Assembly (NCBI GenBank): GCA_964397895.1 | Contig: CAYNKY010000001.1 | Location: forward strand, 1 to 51,279 | Source: an uncultured Prochlorococcus sp. | GTDB taxonomy: Bacteria > Cyanobacteriota > Cyanobacteriia > PCC-6307 > Cyanobiaceae | Length of the DNA stretch: 51,279 bases | Reading direction: 5' to 3' | Shown: positions 10,930-21,330 of the stretch, in pieces | Position numbering within the stretch: the stretch's first letter is position 1 | Layout: the number at the start of each line of letters is the position of its first letter | Position numbers and translations under genes: made by a program | The notes under the pieces: generated by a model | What the model saw: only the letters and a program-made list of their open reading frames with translations | The model's database searches: none | What the model was told of the DNA's origin: nothing

Positions 10930-10966
10930 AACTATCTATTAAAATTTAAGAAATAACTAATTATAT

Positions 10967-12154
10967 ATGGCTCAACTTGAGACAAGAACTGAACCAATGG
11001 TGGTCAATTTTGGCCCTCATCATCCTTCCATGCATGGTGTCTTAAGACTCGTTGTAACACTTGATGGAGAGAATGTAATAGATTGTGAACCTGTGATTGG
11101 GTATTTACATAGGGGTATGGAAAAGATTGCTGAAAACAGAACAAATGTTATGTATGTCCCATATGTAAGCAGAATGGACTATGCAGCTGGGATGTTTTAT
11201 GAAGCAATTGTAGTAAATGCACCTGAAAGATTGGCAAATATTTCAGTTCCTAAAAGAGCTAGTTACATTAGAGTGTTAATGCTTGAGCTTAATAGAATCG
11301 CTAATCATCTGCTTTGGCTAGGCCCATTTTTAGCTGATGTAGGAGCTCAAACTCCTTTTTTCTATATTTTCAGGGAAAGAGAAATGATATATGATCTTTG
11401 GGAGGCGGCTACAGGGCAGAGACTTATAAATAATAATTTCTTTAGAATTGGAGGTGTGGCTTGTGATTTGCCATATGGCTGGCTTGATAAATGTTTAGAT
11501 TTTTGTAATTGGTTTGAACCTAAGATCAATGAATATGAAAAGTTAATTACCAATAATCCAATCTTTAGAAAAAGAATTGAAGGTCTTGGGAAAATAGATA
11601 GGAATCAAGCTATAAATTGGTCTTTATCTGGACCTATGCTAAGAGCTTCTGGGATTTCGTGGGATCTAAGAAAGGTAGATCATTACGAATGTTATGACGA
11701 CTTTGATTGGAATATTGCTTATGAAAGTGAAGGTGATTGTTATGCAAGATATAGGGTAAGAGTAGAAGAGATGAGGCAATCCTTAAATATTATTAGACAG
11801 GCTTGTGAAATGATTCCAGGTGGACCAACTGAAAATCTTGAAGCAAAGAAAATGGCTACGAATGATAAGAAAAATGAAATATTTGGTATTGATTATCAAT
11901 ATATTGCAAAAAAAGTTGCGCCAACGTTTAAAATTCCAAATGGAGAATTATATACAAGATTAGAGTCAGGCAAAGGGGAAATTGGAGTTTTTATTCAAGG
12001 AAATAATGAAGTTACTCCATGGAGATTTAAAATAAGAGCTGCAGATTTAAATAATTTGCAAATATTACCTCATATCCTTAAAGGAGCTAAGATAGCAGAT
12101 ATTATGGCAATTCTCGGTTCTATAGATGTAATTATGGGATCTGTTGATAGATAA
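10967..12154 (+). CDS. ndhH: NAD(P)H-quinone oxidoreductase subunit H
   Basis: [24 protein letters not shown] and C-terminal [12 protein letters not shown]. Confidence 0.98.
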   Translation: MAQLETRTEPMVVNFGPHHPSMHGVLRLVVTLDGENVIDCEPVIGYLHRGMEKIAENRTNVMYVPYVSRMDYAAGMFYEAIVVNAPERLANISVPKRASYIRVLMLELNRIANHLLWLGPFLADVGAQTPFFYIFREREMIYDLWEAATGQRLINNNFFRIGGVACDLPYGWLDKCLDFCNWFEPKINEYEKLITNNPIFRKRIEGLGKIDRNQAINWSLSGPMLRASGISWDLRKVDHYECYDDFDWNIAYESEGDCYARYRVRVEEMRQSLNIIRQACEMIPGGPTENLEAKKMATNDKKNEIFGIDYQYIAKKVAPTFKIPNGELYTRLESGKGEIGVFIQGNNEVTPWRFKIRAADLNNLQILPHILKGAKIADIMAILGSIDVIMGSVDR

Positions 12155-12169
12155 ATAGAGATAAAATTA

Positions 12170-12622
12170 ATGAACCCTGCTAAGTGGTTAAAACTTCAAA
12201 GAAAAGTTAAATTTGGTGATTGTGATTCAGCCAATGTTATTCATTTTAATAAGTTACTTCAATGGTCACATGAAGCTTGGGAGGAGAGCATGCAAATATA
12301 TGGTATCCCTTTGAATAGTATTTTCCCTAAACCTTTTTCAAAAAATAATCTAGTATTTCCTGTAGTTAAATGTCAGGCATACTTTTTTAAGCCTATTTCT
12401 AATGGTGATTTATTATCAATAGAAATTGTACCTTCAAAAATTAATAATCATTCTTTTATGGTTGAAACTTATTTTCTAAAAGATTTAATTAAAGTAGCTG
12501 AAGGTAAAATAATTCATTTTTCAATAGATGCTGAGACCAGAGCAAAAATGCCTTTGAATGAATATTTAGAAAAATGGATTGAAGCATCTAATATTGGAAA
12601 TCGCATAAAGGAATGTCGATAA
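12170..12622 (+). CDS. Hotdog-fold thioesterase, likely 1,4-dihydroxy-2-naphthoyl-CoA hydrolase
   Basis: 4HBT-type motif VKFGDCDSANVIHF; abuts the men genes. Confidence 0.85.
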   Translation: MNPAKWLKLQRKVKFGDCDSANVIHFNKLLQWSHEAWEESMQIYGIPLNSIFPKPFSKNNLVFPVVKCQAYFFKPISNGDLLSIEIVPSKINNHSFMVETYFLKDLIKVAEGKIIHFSIDAETRAKMPLNEYLEKWIEASNIGNRIKECR

Positions 12623-12624
12623 TA

Positions 12625-13827
12625 TTAGCCTATGCTTTTCCAATTTTCTTTGTCATATTGGTCATCATTTTTTAATATCCATTTTGTTGGTTGCTCATGT
12701 TTTGGAAAAGTTTCGGAAAATTTTTTTAATTTACCCAATATATTTAAAATAACTTCATCAGTATGAAAATTTTTAATCTTAACAATAATTTGAAATCTGT
12801 TACCCCATAATTCGTCTTTAATCTTTTCAAATTTAAGATCCATTATTGGTAATTTTTCCTTGACAATAAAATCATCTAGTTTCTTTTCTATTAAATCTAG
12901 AAAAATAGTTTCACCTCCAGAATTCAATGTATTATCAATCCTTCCATGTATTTTTAAATATTGTTTATTTTTTGCAAATATTATTTCTCCTAAATCACCA
13001 CTTTCCCACCATCCGTCATTTCTATTAAAATCTTTCAATTTTCCTGAATCCTTAATTTCTATACCAATTCGATTTGTCTTAATTTCTATTAAATTTTGGT
13101 TATTAATTCTTAAATTAATATCGCTTAAAATTTCTCCAGTAGTATCATTACCTTTGAGAAATTCTTCTGGTGTTAAGGCAGAAATCATTGCTGCCGTTTC
13201 GGTAGATCCATAGCATGGAGATAAATTTATTTCTTCTTTGATACATTTTTGTAGAATACTCTTTGGAATTTTTGCTCCTCCAACCCATATCAAATTAAAT
13301 GATTTTAGCCATTCAATACCATAATTGTTAGATAAAAGTCTAAATAATTGAGTAGGCACTAAAGAGGTAATAAGTGTTTTGTTCTTTTTGATTTTTAGTT
13401 CAAATGTTTTTTGTAATAGTTTTTTTGTCTCTTTTAATAGTTCAGGAGAAATTCGAATATATTCACAATTCCAGATCTTACTCCTCCAAAGAGGCATAAA
13501 TCCGCTTATATGATTCAGAGGAAGTGTATTAAAGATTACACATTTATCTAATTCAAATCCTTGCTCCTCTAACCATTCCCCAGAAGAATATGCAGAGTTA
13601 TTAAGATTTTTTAAAGGGTGTAAGCATGTTTTGGGACTATTTTTGCTGCCACTGCTATTTAGAATTATTGCAGGACCATAAAAATTAATTATTTTAGAAT
13701 GATTTTTATAATAAAAATTTTCTTTTTTTATAAAAATAATTTTTTTTTGTTTAATATAATTTAAAATTATTTTTTCAGATAATGATTCATTATTATTAAC
13801 TAATAATTCAATTATTTTATTTCTCAT
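12625..13827 (-). CDS. menE: O-succinylbenzoate-CoA ligase (short, divergent)
   Basis: Adenylate-forming motifs SSGSKNSPK, YGSTET, SGDLG and GRID-SGGE; lies in the menA-menC-menE run. Confidence 0.85.
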   Translation of the reverse strand: MRNKIIELLVNNNESLSEKIILNYIKQKKIIFIKKENFYYKNHSKIINFYGPAIILNSSGSKNSPKTCLHPLKNLNNSAYSSGEWLEEQGFELDKCVIFNTLPLNHISGFMPLWRSKIWNCEYIRISPELLKETKKLLQKTFELKIKKNKTLITSLVPTQLFRLLSNNYGIEWLKSFNLIWVGGAKIPKSILQKCIKEEINLSPCYGSTETAAMISALTPEEFLKGNDTTGEILSDINLRINNQNLIEIKTNRIGIEIKDSGKLKDFNRNDGWWESGDLGEIIFAKNKQYLKIHGRIDNTLNSGGETIFLDLIEKKLDDFIVKEKLPIMDLKFEKIKDELWGNRFQIIVKIKNFHTDEVILNILGKLKKFSETFPKHEQPTKWILKNDDQYDKENWKSIG

Positions 13828-14789
13828 AAATTATTCCATATAAATTTAGGATTTTGTGAAAACAAAAATGAATCAGGGATTTGCTTTAAACCTAGTCCAG
13901 GTACTTTAGGAGTAGATCCTAATAATTGTTTATAAGAACAATGAAATAATAATCTTCTACCTATACCTGTTTCGAATGAAGTGCTGATAGCTCTAAAACC
14001 TTTTTTATTTTCTAATTCATTAAGTAGATCTAGAGGATTACATTCTTGTGATGGTCTTCTTATTTGCCATCCATTCCAATCATTAATTAATTGCGGATAT
14101 TTTATTAATGATTCATCTAATGCAACTGGAATTTTGTCATTTAGAATTTTTAAGCCTTCAAGATCATCTTCATGAAGAGGCTGTTCTAACCAATCTAAAT
14201 TTTTATTATCTTTAAGAATTTCTGCCCATCGATCAGCGCATTTCCTACTCCATGATCCATTAGCATCTATACGGATTCTAAAGTTGCTCTTAATATGTCC
14301 TAAGATTTCTTCCAATACTTTCTCTTCATACTTATTTCCTTTAATTCCAACTTTCCATTTTATTGTTAAAATTTGATTTCCTAAATTTGTTTTTTTCTTA
14401 AGCGAAATAATTTCTTTAAGAGCTGATTCTGAATTTAAAAGTATTGCAGATGTATAAATATTATTGAATTCATAATTATCTAGGAATTTTAAAATTCCTT
14501 TAACTTCTGCTAATGCAGAATTCACTCCAGATTGTATGCAAGGATGGAAATTATTTATATTTCTCATTAGTTGATCTTCTTTAATAATTAATGGAATTTG
14601 ATTTAATTGTTCTTCACAAATATTAAATTGATCTTCAATTAAAGGTGAAACTTCACCATATCCTTTATTATTTTTTTTATCTTTTAATTTTATAATCCAA
14701 CCTTTACGAGAAATTATTGTTTTTTTGGAATTCTTTACCGATGAAAATAATTTAAAGGAAAAAAATTTTTTTTCAAATTTAATAATCAT
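13824..14789 (-). CDS. menC: O-succinylbenzoate synthase (enolase superfamily)
   Basis: GYGEVSPL, KWKVG, RIDANGSW, LEQP and ALDES motifs; 4-nt overlaps with menA and menE. Confidence 0.88.
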   Translation of the reverse strand: MIIKFEKKFFSFKLFSSVKNSKKTIISRKGWIIKLKDKKNNKGYGEVSPLIEDQFNICEEQLNQIPLIIKEDQLMRNINNFHPCIQSGVNSALAEVKGILKFLDNYEFNNIYTSAILLNSESALKEIISLKKKTNLGNQILTIKWKVGIKGNKYEEKVLEEILGHIKSNFRIRIDANGSWSRKCADRWAEILKDNKNLDWLEQPLHEDDLEGLKILNDKIPVALDESLIKYPQLINDWNGWQIRRPSQECNPLDLLNELENKKGFRAISTSFETGIGRRLLFHCSYKQLLGSTPKVPGLGLKQIPDSFLFSQNPKFIWNNL

Positions 14790-15700
14790 AGACTCAGTAG
14801 GAAACTAAAAGATAAACCAAGAATTATTCCAATGCCATTAAGAGCTTGGAATTGTATAGCTATAAATTTGCAATTTTTAATTAATTGAGGACTATTATAT
14901 GAATTTCTTAGTATTCTTATTAATTTTATTGCGTAAGGAAGGCTTATAAAATAGAGCAAACATAATATTGGAAGAAATCCAATAATAATTGTGAAAAATT
15001 CAAATGAATATATTAAAAATATTATCCAAGGAATAAGTTTAGAACTATTTTTTGCTCCCAATATAACTAGTGGTGATTTTTTTCCGAATTTCTGGTCTTC
15101 TTTAATTTGATGAAAATGAGAGCAAAATAATACTAATGTTATTGCTAATGATGTACCACTACCTAATAATAATGATTCTTTCCATGGTATAGAATTGTAA
15201 TTATTTGAAGAATTTAGTGCTAATAGAATAGCTGCATGAGTTAGAGGTCCAAAGGTAATCCAACATAACGGCTCTCCCAGTCCTATATAACCCAATCTAA
15301 ATGGAGGTCCCTGATATAAGTATCCAAAAGTGCAGCAACCAAGTATTAATAAAAAAACATTTGAATTCGAAGATTTTGAAATAAAATAAAAAATAATTAA
15401 ACCTATGATTAAAGAAATATACGCAATGATTGATATGATTTTTTTGTTTCTTATTAAATTCACAACTGAATGAAATTTAAATCTATCTATGCCTGTACTT
15501 GAATCAAATAAGTCATTTGTAAGATTTTCCCAAAAAAGTATTAAAAGAGAAGCAAAATTAAATCCAATAAAATTTATTACTCGAAAATTATTAAATTGAT
15601 AAAGTAAATATGCAGCTGATATAACTATAGGAATTATTACGACTGAATAAAGAGGCCACTTTATTGCTTGTATCCAAAGTTCTCTCTTCCTCTCATTCAT
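14786..15700 (-). CDS. menA: 1,4-dihydroxy-2-naphthoate phytyltransferase (UbiA family)
   Basis: AIKWPLYSV, NLTNDLFDSSTGID, YQGPPFRLGY and HFHQIKED motifs; multi-TM. Confidence 0.92.
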   Translation of the reverse strand: MNERKRELWIQAIKWPLYSVVIIPIVISAAYLLYQFNNFRVINFIGFNFASLLILFWENLTNDLFDSSTGIDRFKFHSVVNLIRNKKIISIIAYISLIIGLIIFYFISKSSNSNVFLLILGCCTFGYLYQGPPFRLGYIGLGEPLCWITFGPLTHAAILLALNSSNNYNSIPWKESLLLGSGTSLAITLVLFCSHFHQIKEDQKFGKKSPLVILGAKNSSKLIPWIIFLIYSFEFFTIIIGFLPILCLLYFISLPYAIKLIRILRNSYNSPQLIKNCKFIAIQFQALNGIGIILGLSFSFLLSL

Positions 15701-15798
15701 TCTAAATATTTTTAAAATAGTAATAATATTACTTAATATAAGATATTATTTTAATTCTTTTTTTAGTAATTTAACTTTTTTGTCTAATTCATCAATTT

Positions 15799-17202
15799 AT
15801 GTATAGTAGTTTTGATTTTGCAAATTACCTAAAAGATTTTTATCTTAAATTTGAGGAGAGAAATGTTAATTCGGGATTATTTACATTTTCAATTGCAATC
15901 CCAAATATAGATTTCTTTGATGCATATCAAATTTTATTAAATAAATATAATTATTCTGTTTTTTGGGAAGAAAATAACAAGTTTTCTTTTATAGCATTGG
16001 ATAAATGTAAAAATATTATATTGAATGGACCCAATAGATTTAAAATAGCGAAAAAGTTTAATGATGAAACTTTTATTAACCTAATAAATTTAGATAATAA
16101 TTTCAATAGTGCGGAAATTCCCAGAATATTATATTTCTTCTCATTTGATGAAAATGCCTCAAAAAAAAATATATCTAATCCAGTACCTTCATTAGAGGGT
16201 GTTCTACCTAGGATATTAATAGCAAGAGAAAAACGGTGTGTTAATTTACGAATGAATACTGATATTAATTTAAAATCATCATTTAGAGAATCATTGGAGG
16301 AACTTTGGAATATTAGGGAAGTACTCATTCAGAAAAATCATAATAATCAAAAATTATTTTTTAATAAGTTTCAATTTAATAATTTTCCAAAGGTTTTTTC
16401 AAGTTCTAATAAAATTTTAAAAGGAAATTTATTGAAGGGAATATCCTTAATTAAAAACGAGAAAATTGAAAAGATTGTTTTAGCATCTAAGTTAAAAATA
16501 AAATATAGTGGTGATTTGGATATTATTAATATTTTAAAAAGGTTAAAAATTAATCAGCCAAGTTCTTGTAGATATTTATGGAAAAGAGGAGAAAACGATA
16601 TAACATTTGGATCTTCCCCAGAAAAATTATTTTCCTTGCGAGACAATACTATTTCTTTAGAGGCGATAGCAGGAACTACCAAAAATGATAAAAGAATGAA
16701 TCATTTATTAAAAAGCAAGAAAAATTTGAGGGAACATAATTTAGTTATTAAATATTTAATTGATATTTTAGAATTATATAAAGTTAATAATTTAAGAAAA
16801 AGTAGGATAAAAATTATTCCTTTTGGTAATATTGCCCATTTATCAACCTCTATTACAGGAAATATTGAATGTAATTGTCCTTTTGAATTACTAGATGTTT
16901 TGCATCCTTCTCCAGCAGTATGTGGCTATCCAAAGAAAGAGGCATTAAGATGGATATCTACATTAGAGTCTTTTGATAGAGATAATTATGCGGCCCCAAT
17001 TGGATGGGTTGACTCTGAAGGAGATGCTGATTTTAGAGTTGCATTAAGAGGTGCTAGATTGATGAATAATGAGATTGAATTATCTGCAGGATCAGGTTTA
17101 GTAAAAGGCTCTATATGCGAAGAAGAAATAGATGAAATTAAATTAAAATTTGAATCTTTAACAAAAGAGATTTGTGCAGAAGATTTAATTAATAATTTTT
17201 AG
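15799..17202 (+). CDS. menF: Isochorismate synthase
   Basis: [34 protein letters not shown] and AGSGLV motifs; divergent from menA. Confidence 0.9.
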   Translation: MYSSFDFANYLKDFYLKFEERNVNSGLFTFSIAIPNIDFFDAYQILLNKYNYSVFWEENNKFSFIALDKCKNIILNGPNRFKIAKKFNDETFINLINLDNNFNSAEIPRILYFFSFDENASKKNISNPVPSLEGVLPRILIAREKRCVNLRMNTDINLKSSFRESLEELWNIREVLIQKNHNNQKLFFNKFQFNNFPKVFSSSNKILKGNLLKGISLIKNEKIEKIVLASKLKIKYSGDLDIINILKRLKINQPSSCRYLWKRGENDITFGSSPEKLFSLRDNTISLEAIAGTTKNDKRMNHLLKSKKNLREHNLVIKYLIDILELYKVNNLRKSRIKIIPFGNIAHLSTSITGNIECNCPFELLDVLHPSPAVCGYPKKEALRWISTLESFDRDNYAAPIGWVDSEGDADFRVALRGARLMNNEIELSAGSGLVKGSICEEEIDEIKLKFESLTKEICAEDLINNF

Positions 17203-18111
17203 AAGTTTATCCAATACTTCATCAGAAACTTTTGAATTAGATAAATTTTCAATTTCTCTCAAACCTGTAGGACTTGTAACATTGATTTCACTTAACATCC
17301 CATTGATTACATCAATACCCACAAAGAATAACCCTTCTTCTTTTAGGTGCTGAGACAATTCAAAGCATATTTTTAGTTCTTGATTAGATAAGTCGGTTTT
17401 TTCTGCTTTCCCTCCCATAGCTAGATTACTTCGAAAATCACCTTTTTGAGGTAATCGATTTATTGCTCCTAAAGGTTCTCCATCAATAATGATAATTCTT
17501 TTATCTCCATCTTTTACTTGTGGAATAAATTTTTGCATCATTACAGGTAAATTTTCTTGGGATGTTATTAATTCAATCAGCGCTTTTATCCCTGGGGAAT
17601 TTTTCGTTAATCTAATTACTCCTTGCCCACCCTTTCCTCCAAGGGGTTTTACGACAACATCTTCATTCGAATTCGCAAAATTTATCAAATCGTTTACTTT
17701 ACTTGCGACTATTGTTGGAGCCATAAGATGACTATATCTAAGTGCTCCTAATTTTTCATTCCAAGCCCTCAATGATGATGGTTTATTGATAACTTTTACT
17801 CCTTTCCTCTCAGCGACCTCCAAAAGGTGGGTCGCATAAAGATATCCCTCGTCAACAGGTGGATCTTTTCTCATCAAGATGCAACTAAAATGTGCTAGTT
17901 GAATGCATTTATTTTCTTTATAAGTAATCCATGGGATTGGTTCGATTCTAATAGAAGATGCCCATACTTCATCTCCTCTTGCTTCAAGATCTTGAGGAGT
18001 ACAAGCCCAAACTTCTATTTTTTTCTTATAGGTTGCTTCCATTATTGCTGCAGATGAATCCTTCAATGGATTGATCTTATTTATTGGATCTATTACGAAA
18101 AGAAATTTCAT
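17185..18111 (-). CDS. gshB: Glutathione synthetase
   Basis: [28 protein letters not shown] and EINVTSPTG motifs. Confidence 0.97.
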   Translation of the reverse strand: MKFLFVIDPINKINPLKDSSAAIMEATYKKKIEVWACTPQDLEARGDEVWASSIRIEPIPWITYKENKCIQLAHFSCILMRKDPPVDEGYLYATHLLEVAERKGVKVINKPSSLRAWNEKLGALRYSHLMAPTIVASKVNDLINFANSNEDVVVKPLGGKGGQGVIRLTKNSPGIKALIELITSQENLPVMMQKFIPQVKDGDKRIIIIDGEPLGAINRLPQKGDFRSNLAMGGKAEKTDLSNQELKICFELSQHLKEEGLFFVGIDVINGMLSEINVTSPTGLREIENLSNSKVSDEVLDKLLKIIN

Positions 18112-18116
18112 AATTT

Positions 18117-18371
18117 TTATTTGATTAAGGAGTCTAATTTATTTTCTTCTTCTAAAAGATAAAGATCATCACAACCTCCAATACCAACATTATCAATAAA
18201 TACTTGAGGTAAAGATCTTCTGCCATTTGCTCTTATACTCATTTTCTCTCTTGCTGGTTCATCCCCATCTATTTTATATTCTGTAAAAGCTATATTTTTT
18301 TTATTAAGTAAGCTTTTTGCGCGAATACAAAATGGGCAATACTGCCATGTATAGATTTCAACCTTTTTCAT
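18117..18371 (-). CDS. grxC: Glutaredoxin 3
   Basis: CPFC active site, SLPQVFI and IGGCDDL motifs. Confidence 0.96.
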   Translation of the reverse strand: MKKVEIYTWQYCPFCIRAKSLLNKKNIAFTEYKIDGDEPAREKMSIRANGRRSLPQVFIDNVGIGGCDDLYLLEEENKLDSLIK

Positions 18372-18446
18372 TTTTTTTAAATAATATTTACTTTATAATA
18401 TTAAATAATTGATCCTGTTAGATTATTAATAATAAATTTTTCTATT

Positions 18447-19557
18447 TTGATAGATCTTACAGAGTTTAAGAAAGACCTTTCTTTATTAACTAAACGCCTG
18501 AGCAATGCTCAGGACTGTCTTTGACGTACCAAAACTTATTGCACAAAAAAAGGAATTAGAACAACAAGCTTCATCCCAGGAATTTTGGCAAAATCAATTA
18601 GAAGCAAAGAAATTAATGAGGAATCTTGATGAAGTAAAAGCTCAACTTGATTTATTAGATCAATGGAGGACTTTAATTTCTGATGCCAATGCTTCACTTG
18701 AACTTTATTTGTTAGAACCTGATGATGAAATGATAGAAGAATCTCAAAATGGTTTAAATGTATTACGTGAGAATTTAGAAAGGTGGGAACTTCAGAGATT
18801 ACTTTGTGGTGAGTATGACAAAGGAGGAGCAGTTGTAACTATAAATGCAGGTGCAGGAGGAACTGATGCTCAAGATTGGGCTCAAATACTATTAAGGATG
18901 TATTCAAGATGGGCGGAAAATCATTCTATGAAAGTAATTATTAATGAATTGTCAGAGGGTGAAGAGGCAGGTATAAAAAGCGTCACATTTGAAGTAGATG
19001 GAGAATATGCTTATGGATATCTTCATAATGAAAAAGGGACGCATAGATTAGTCAGGATTTCACCTTTCAATGCTAATGGTAAAAGACAAACTAGCTTTGC
19101 AGGAGTTGAAGTAATGCCAAAGTTAGATGATGATATCTCATTAGAAATCCCAGAAAAAGATTTAGAGATAGCAACTAGCAGGTCAGGAGGTGCAGGAGGA
19201 CAAAATGTAAATAAGGTAGAAACAGCAGTAAGAATAACTCATTTGCCTTCTGGGTTATCAGTAAGGTGCACTCAAGAAAGATCACAATTACAAAATAAAG
19301 AGAGAGCAATGATACTTCTGAAGTCAAAATTACTTGTTATTGCAAAAGAACAGCGAGCTGAAGAGATTGCTGATATTAAAGGAGAAGTTGTTGAGGCGGC
19401 TTGGGGAAATCAAATTAGAAACTATGTTTTTAATCCCTATCAAATGGTTAAAGATTTAAGAACTATGCAAGAGACGAATGATCTTGAAGGGTTTTTAAAT
19501 GGAGAGATTGACTCTTTTATAAATGAATTATTACGTTTTAATTTATTAAGAAATTGA
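18447..19557 (+). CDS. prfB: Peptide chain release factor 2, +1 programmed frameshift (join 18447..18521, 18523..19557; 369 aa)
   Basis: TTG 18447 opens [25 protein letters not shown], then CTT TGA C at 18519-18525. The +1 frame continues DVPK and contains the SPF and GGQ motifs. The ORF-track ATG at 18505 is an artefact. Confidence 0.95.
18497..18525 (+). promoter_or_regulatory. prfB frameshift cassette: hairpin CCTGAGC-AAT-GCTCAGG, SD-like AGGA and CTT-TGA-C shift site
   Basis: Read directly; CTTTGAC at codons 25/26 is the canonical RF2 autoregulatory site. Confidence 0.9.
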
Positions 19558-19569
19558 TATTAGGATATT

Positions 19570-19752
19570 ATGAATAAGAAATCTGAAATTTTGAAAGAAA
19601 AAAAGGCTCCAGCTAGTTTTATTAAGTTAGCAATGCGTAATATGGTCAAAAAAGGCAAAAAAAGTATTATTCATTTTTCAATAACTTTTTTAATATTAGT
19701 TGGGATCCTATTAATGTTAGCTACTTTAGGGAAGCCAAATTTACCTGTATAA
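19570..19752 (+). CDS. Small conserved cyanobacterial membrane protein (DUF3285-like)
   Basis: ASFIKLAMRNMVKKG followed by one TM helix; lies between prfB and ybeY. Confidence 0.75.
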   Translation: MNKKSEILKEKKAPASFIKLAMRNMVKKGKKSIIHFSITFLILVGILLMLATLGKPNLPV

Positions 19753-19758
19753 ATAAAG

Positions 19759-20322
19759 ATGATTAGTCGTTTTGAGGATTGTATAGAAATAGATTTTGTA
19801 TTTAAAAGTGATAATCAATATGATTTAAAGAATTATCCAAAAATAAATGACAGATTAATTTTTAAAGAGAAATTTTGGGAGAATATTTTTTCTGTATGGA
19901 TCAAGATATTAATCTTAGAATTTAAATCATCTTTACCTCAACAATTATTAAATAAAAAATCATTTTCATTAAGTTTTGAAATCTTAAATAATGATCAGAT
20001 AGCAAACCTTAATAAAGCATGGCTTAATAAATCAGGTCCTACAGATGTGATCTCTTTCCCAATAATCACTGAAAATCCTTTTGAAAATAATCTACCTTTT
20101 GTAGAGTTAGGTGATATATTTGTTTCTTTAGAAGCTGCTAAAAAGCAATCATTGGAATACAATAATTCAATTCATCAAGAAATGATTTGGTTGGCATGCC
20201 ATGGATTTCTTCATTTATTAGGATGGGATCATAAAAAAAAGGAAGACTTAAAGGAAATGCTTGGTTTGCAAGAATATTTAATATCTAAATTAGATGAACA
20301 TATTAGAAATAATTATGAATAA
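19759..20322 (+). CDS. ybeY: rRNA maturation endoribonuclease YbeY
   Basis: PTDVISF, LGDIFVS and HGFLHLLGWDH zinc motif. Confidence 0.95.
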   Translation: MISRFEDCIEIDFVFKSDNQYDLKNYPKINDRLIFKEKFWENIFSVWIKILILEFKSSLPQQLLNKKSFSLSFEILNNDQIANLNKAWLNKSGPTDVISFPIITENPFENNLPFVELGDIFVSLEAAKKQSLEYNNSIHQEMIWLACHGFLHLLGWDHKKKEDLKEMLGLQEYLISKLDEHIRNNYE

Positions 20323-20731
20323 TAAATTAAGAGAATCCTATAAAACTTCAAAAGATATATTTAAAAGTTTTGAATATGCATATTCTGGGCTAATTTATTG
20401 TTTTAAATCAGCAAGAAATTTCAGAATACAAATATTTTGTGGGATTTCTGTTCTAATTTTATGCATTATTTTTAATTGTAATTTAGGGGAAAAAATGATA
20501 ATTATTTCTACGATTTTTTCGGTTTTAATTCTTGAATTAATCAATACAGCAATAGAGTCATTAGTTGATTTAACAGTAAAAACCAACTATAGTAAGTTAG
20601 CTAAAGTCTCAAAAGACTGCTCCGCTGCCTCTGTATTATTAGCATCAATTAATTCTATTTTTATTGCTCTATACATATTTTTTCCTAAATTTAAAATTCT
20701 CCTATTAAATAAAGATGTTCTTAGTTATTGA
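20315..20731 (+). CDS. dgkA: Prokaryotic diacylglycerol/undecaprenol kinase (DgkA family)
   Basis: SFEYAYSG, RNFRIQ, ELINTAIESLVDL and AKVSKDCSAASVL motifs. Start is ATG 20315 or 20294. Confidence 0.9.
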   Translation: MNNKLRESYKTSKDIFKSFEYAYSGLIYCFKSARNFRIQIFCGISVLILCIIFNCNLGEKMIIISTIFSVLILELINTAIESLVDLTVKTNYSKLAKVSKDCSAASVLLASINSIFIALYIFFPKFKILLLNKDVLSY

Positions 20732-21311
20732 TAATTATGATAGTTTTACATATAATTTAGTTCAATATCTTGGGGAACTTTCTTGCGAGCATAAAATTAC
20801 TAAAGATATTTTAGTTAGAAGAAATGATGATATTACATTGGAAGAAGTTTTACAAATTAAACCTAAAGGGATACTTTTGTCTCCTGGCCCGGGAGATCCA
20901 GATCAGTCAGGAATTTGTATCCCAATTTTAAGAGAGATTTCCAAAAATATCCCTACTCTTGGAGTTTGTCTTGGTCATCAAGCCCTAGCTCAAGCCTATG
21001 GAGGTAAAGTTATTATCGGGAAAGAATTAATGCATGGTAAAACTTCAAAAATTTTTCATAATCAAGATGGTCTTTTTGATAATATTAAAAGTCCATTTAT
21101 AGCGACAAGATATCATAGTTTAATTGTAGATTCAGATTCTTTACCTAACTGTTTTGAAATAACGGCTTATCTCGAGGATTCTACCATTATGGCTATACAA
21201 CATAAAGAATTTAGACATATTATTGGTGTGCAATTTCATCCAGAGAGTGTATTAACTGAATTTGGCCATAAATTAATAAGTAATTTCCTTAAAATGGCTG
21301 AGCAGATGTAA
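20715..21311 (+). CDS. Anthranilate/aminodeoxychorismate synthase component II (TrpG/PabA)
   Basis: IDNYDSFTYNL, SPGPG, GVCLGHQ, RYHSL and QFHPES motifs (class I glutamine amidotransferase triad). Confidence 0.95.
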   Translation: MFLVIDNYDSFTYNLVQYLGELSCEHKITKDILVRRNDDITLEEVLQIKPKGILLSPGPGDPDQSGICIPILREISKNIPTLGVCLGHQALAQAYGGKVIIGKELMHGKTSKIFHNQDGLFDNIKSPFIATRYHSLIVDSDSLPNCFEITAYLEDSTIMAIQHKEFRHIIGVQFHPESVLTEFGHKLISNFLKMAEQM

Positions 21312-21330
21312 AATCTAAAAAAGAACAATT

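Noticed and set aside
15722-15750. AT-rich inverted repeat in the menA/menF divergent spacer
   Set aside because: Short, nearly all A/T and bulged; not distinguishable from background.
18505-18522. ATG 18505 as the prfB start, or prfB as a pseudogene
   Set aside because: Explained by the canonical CTT-TGA-C programmed frameshift.
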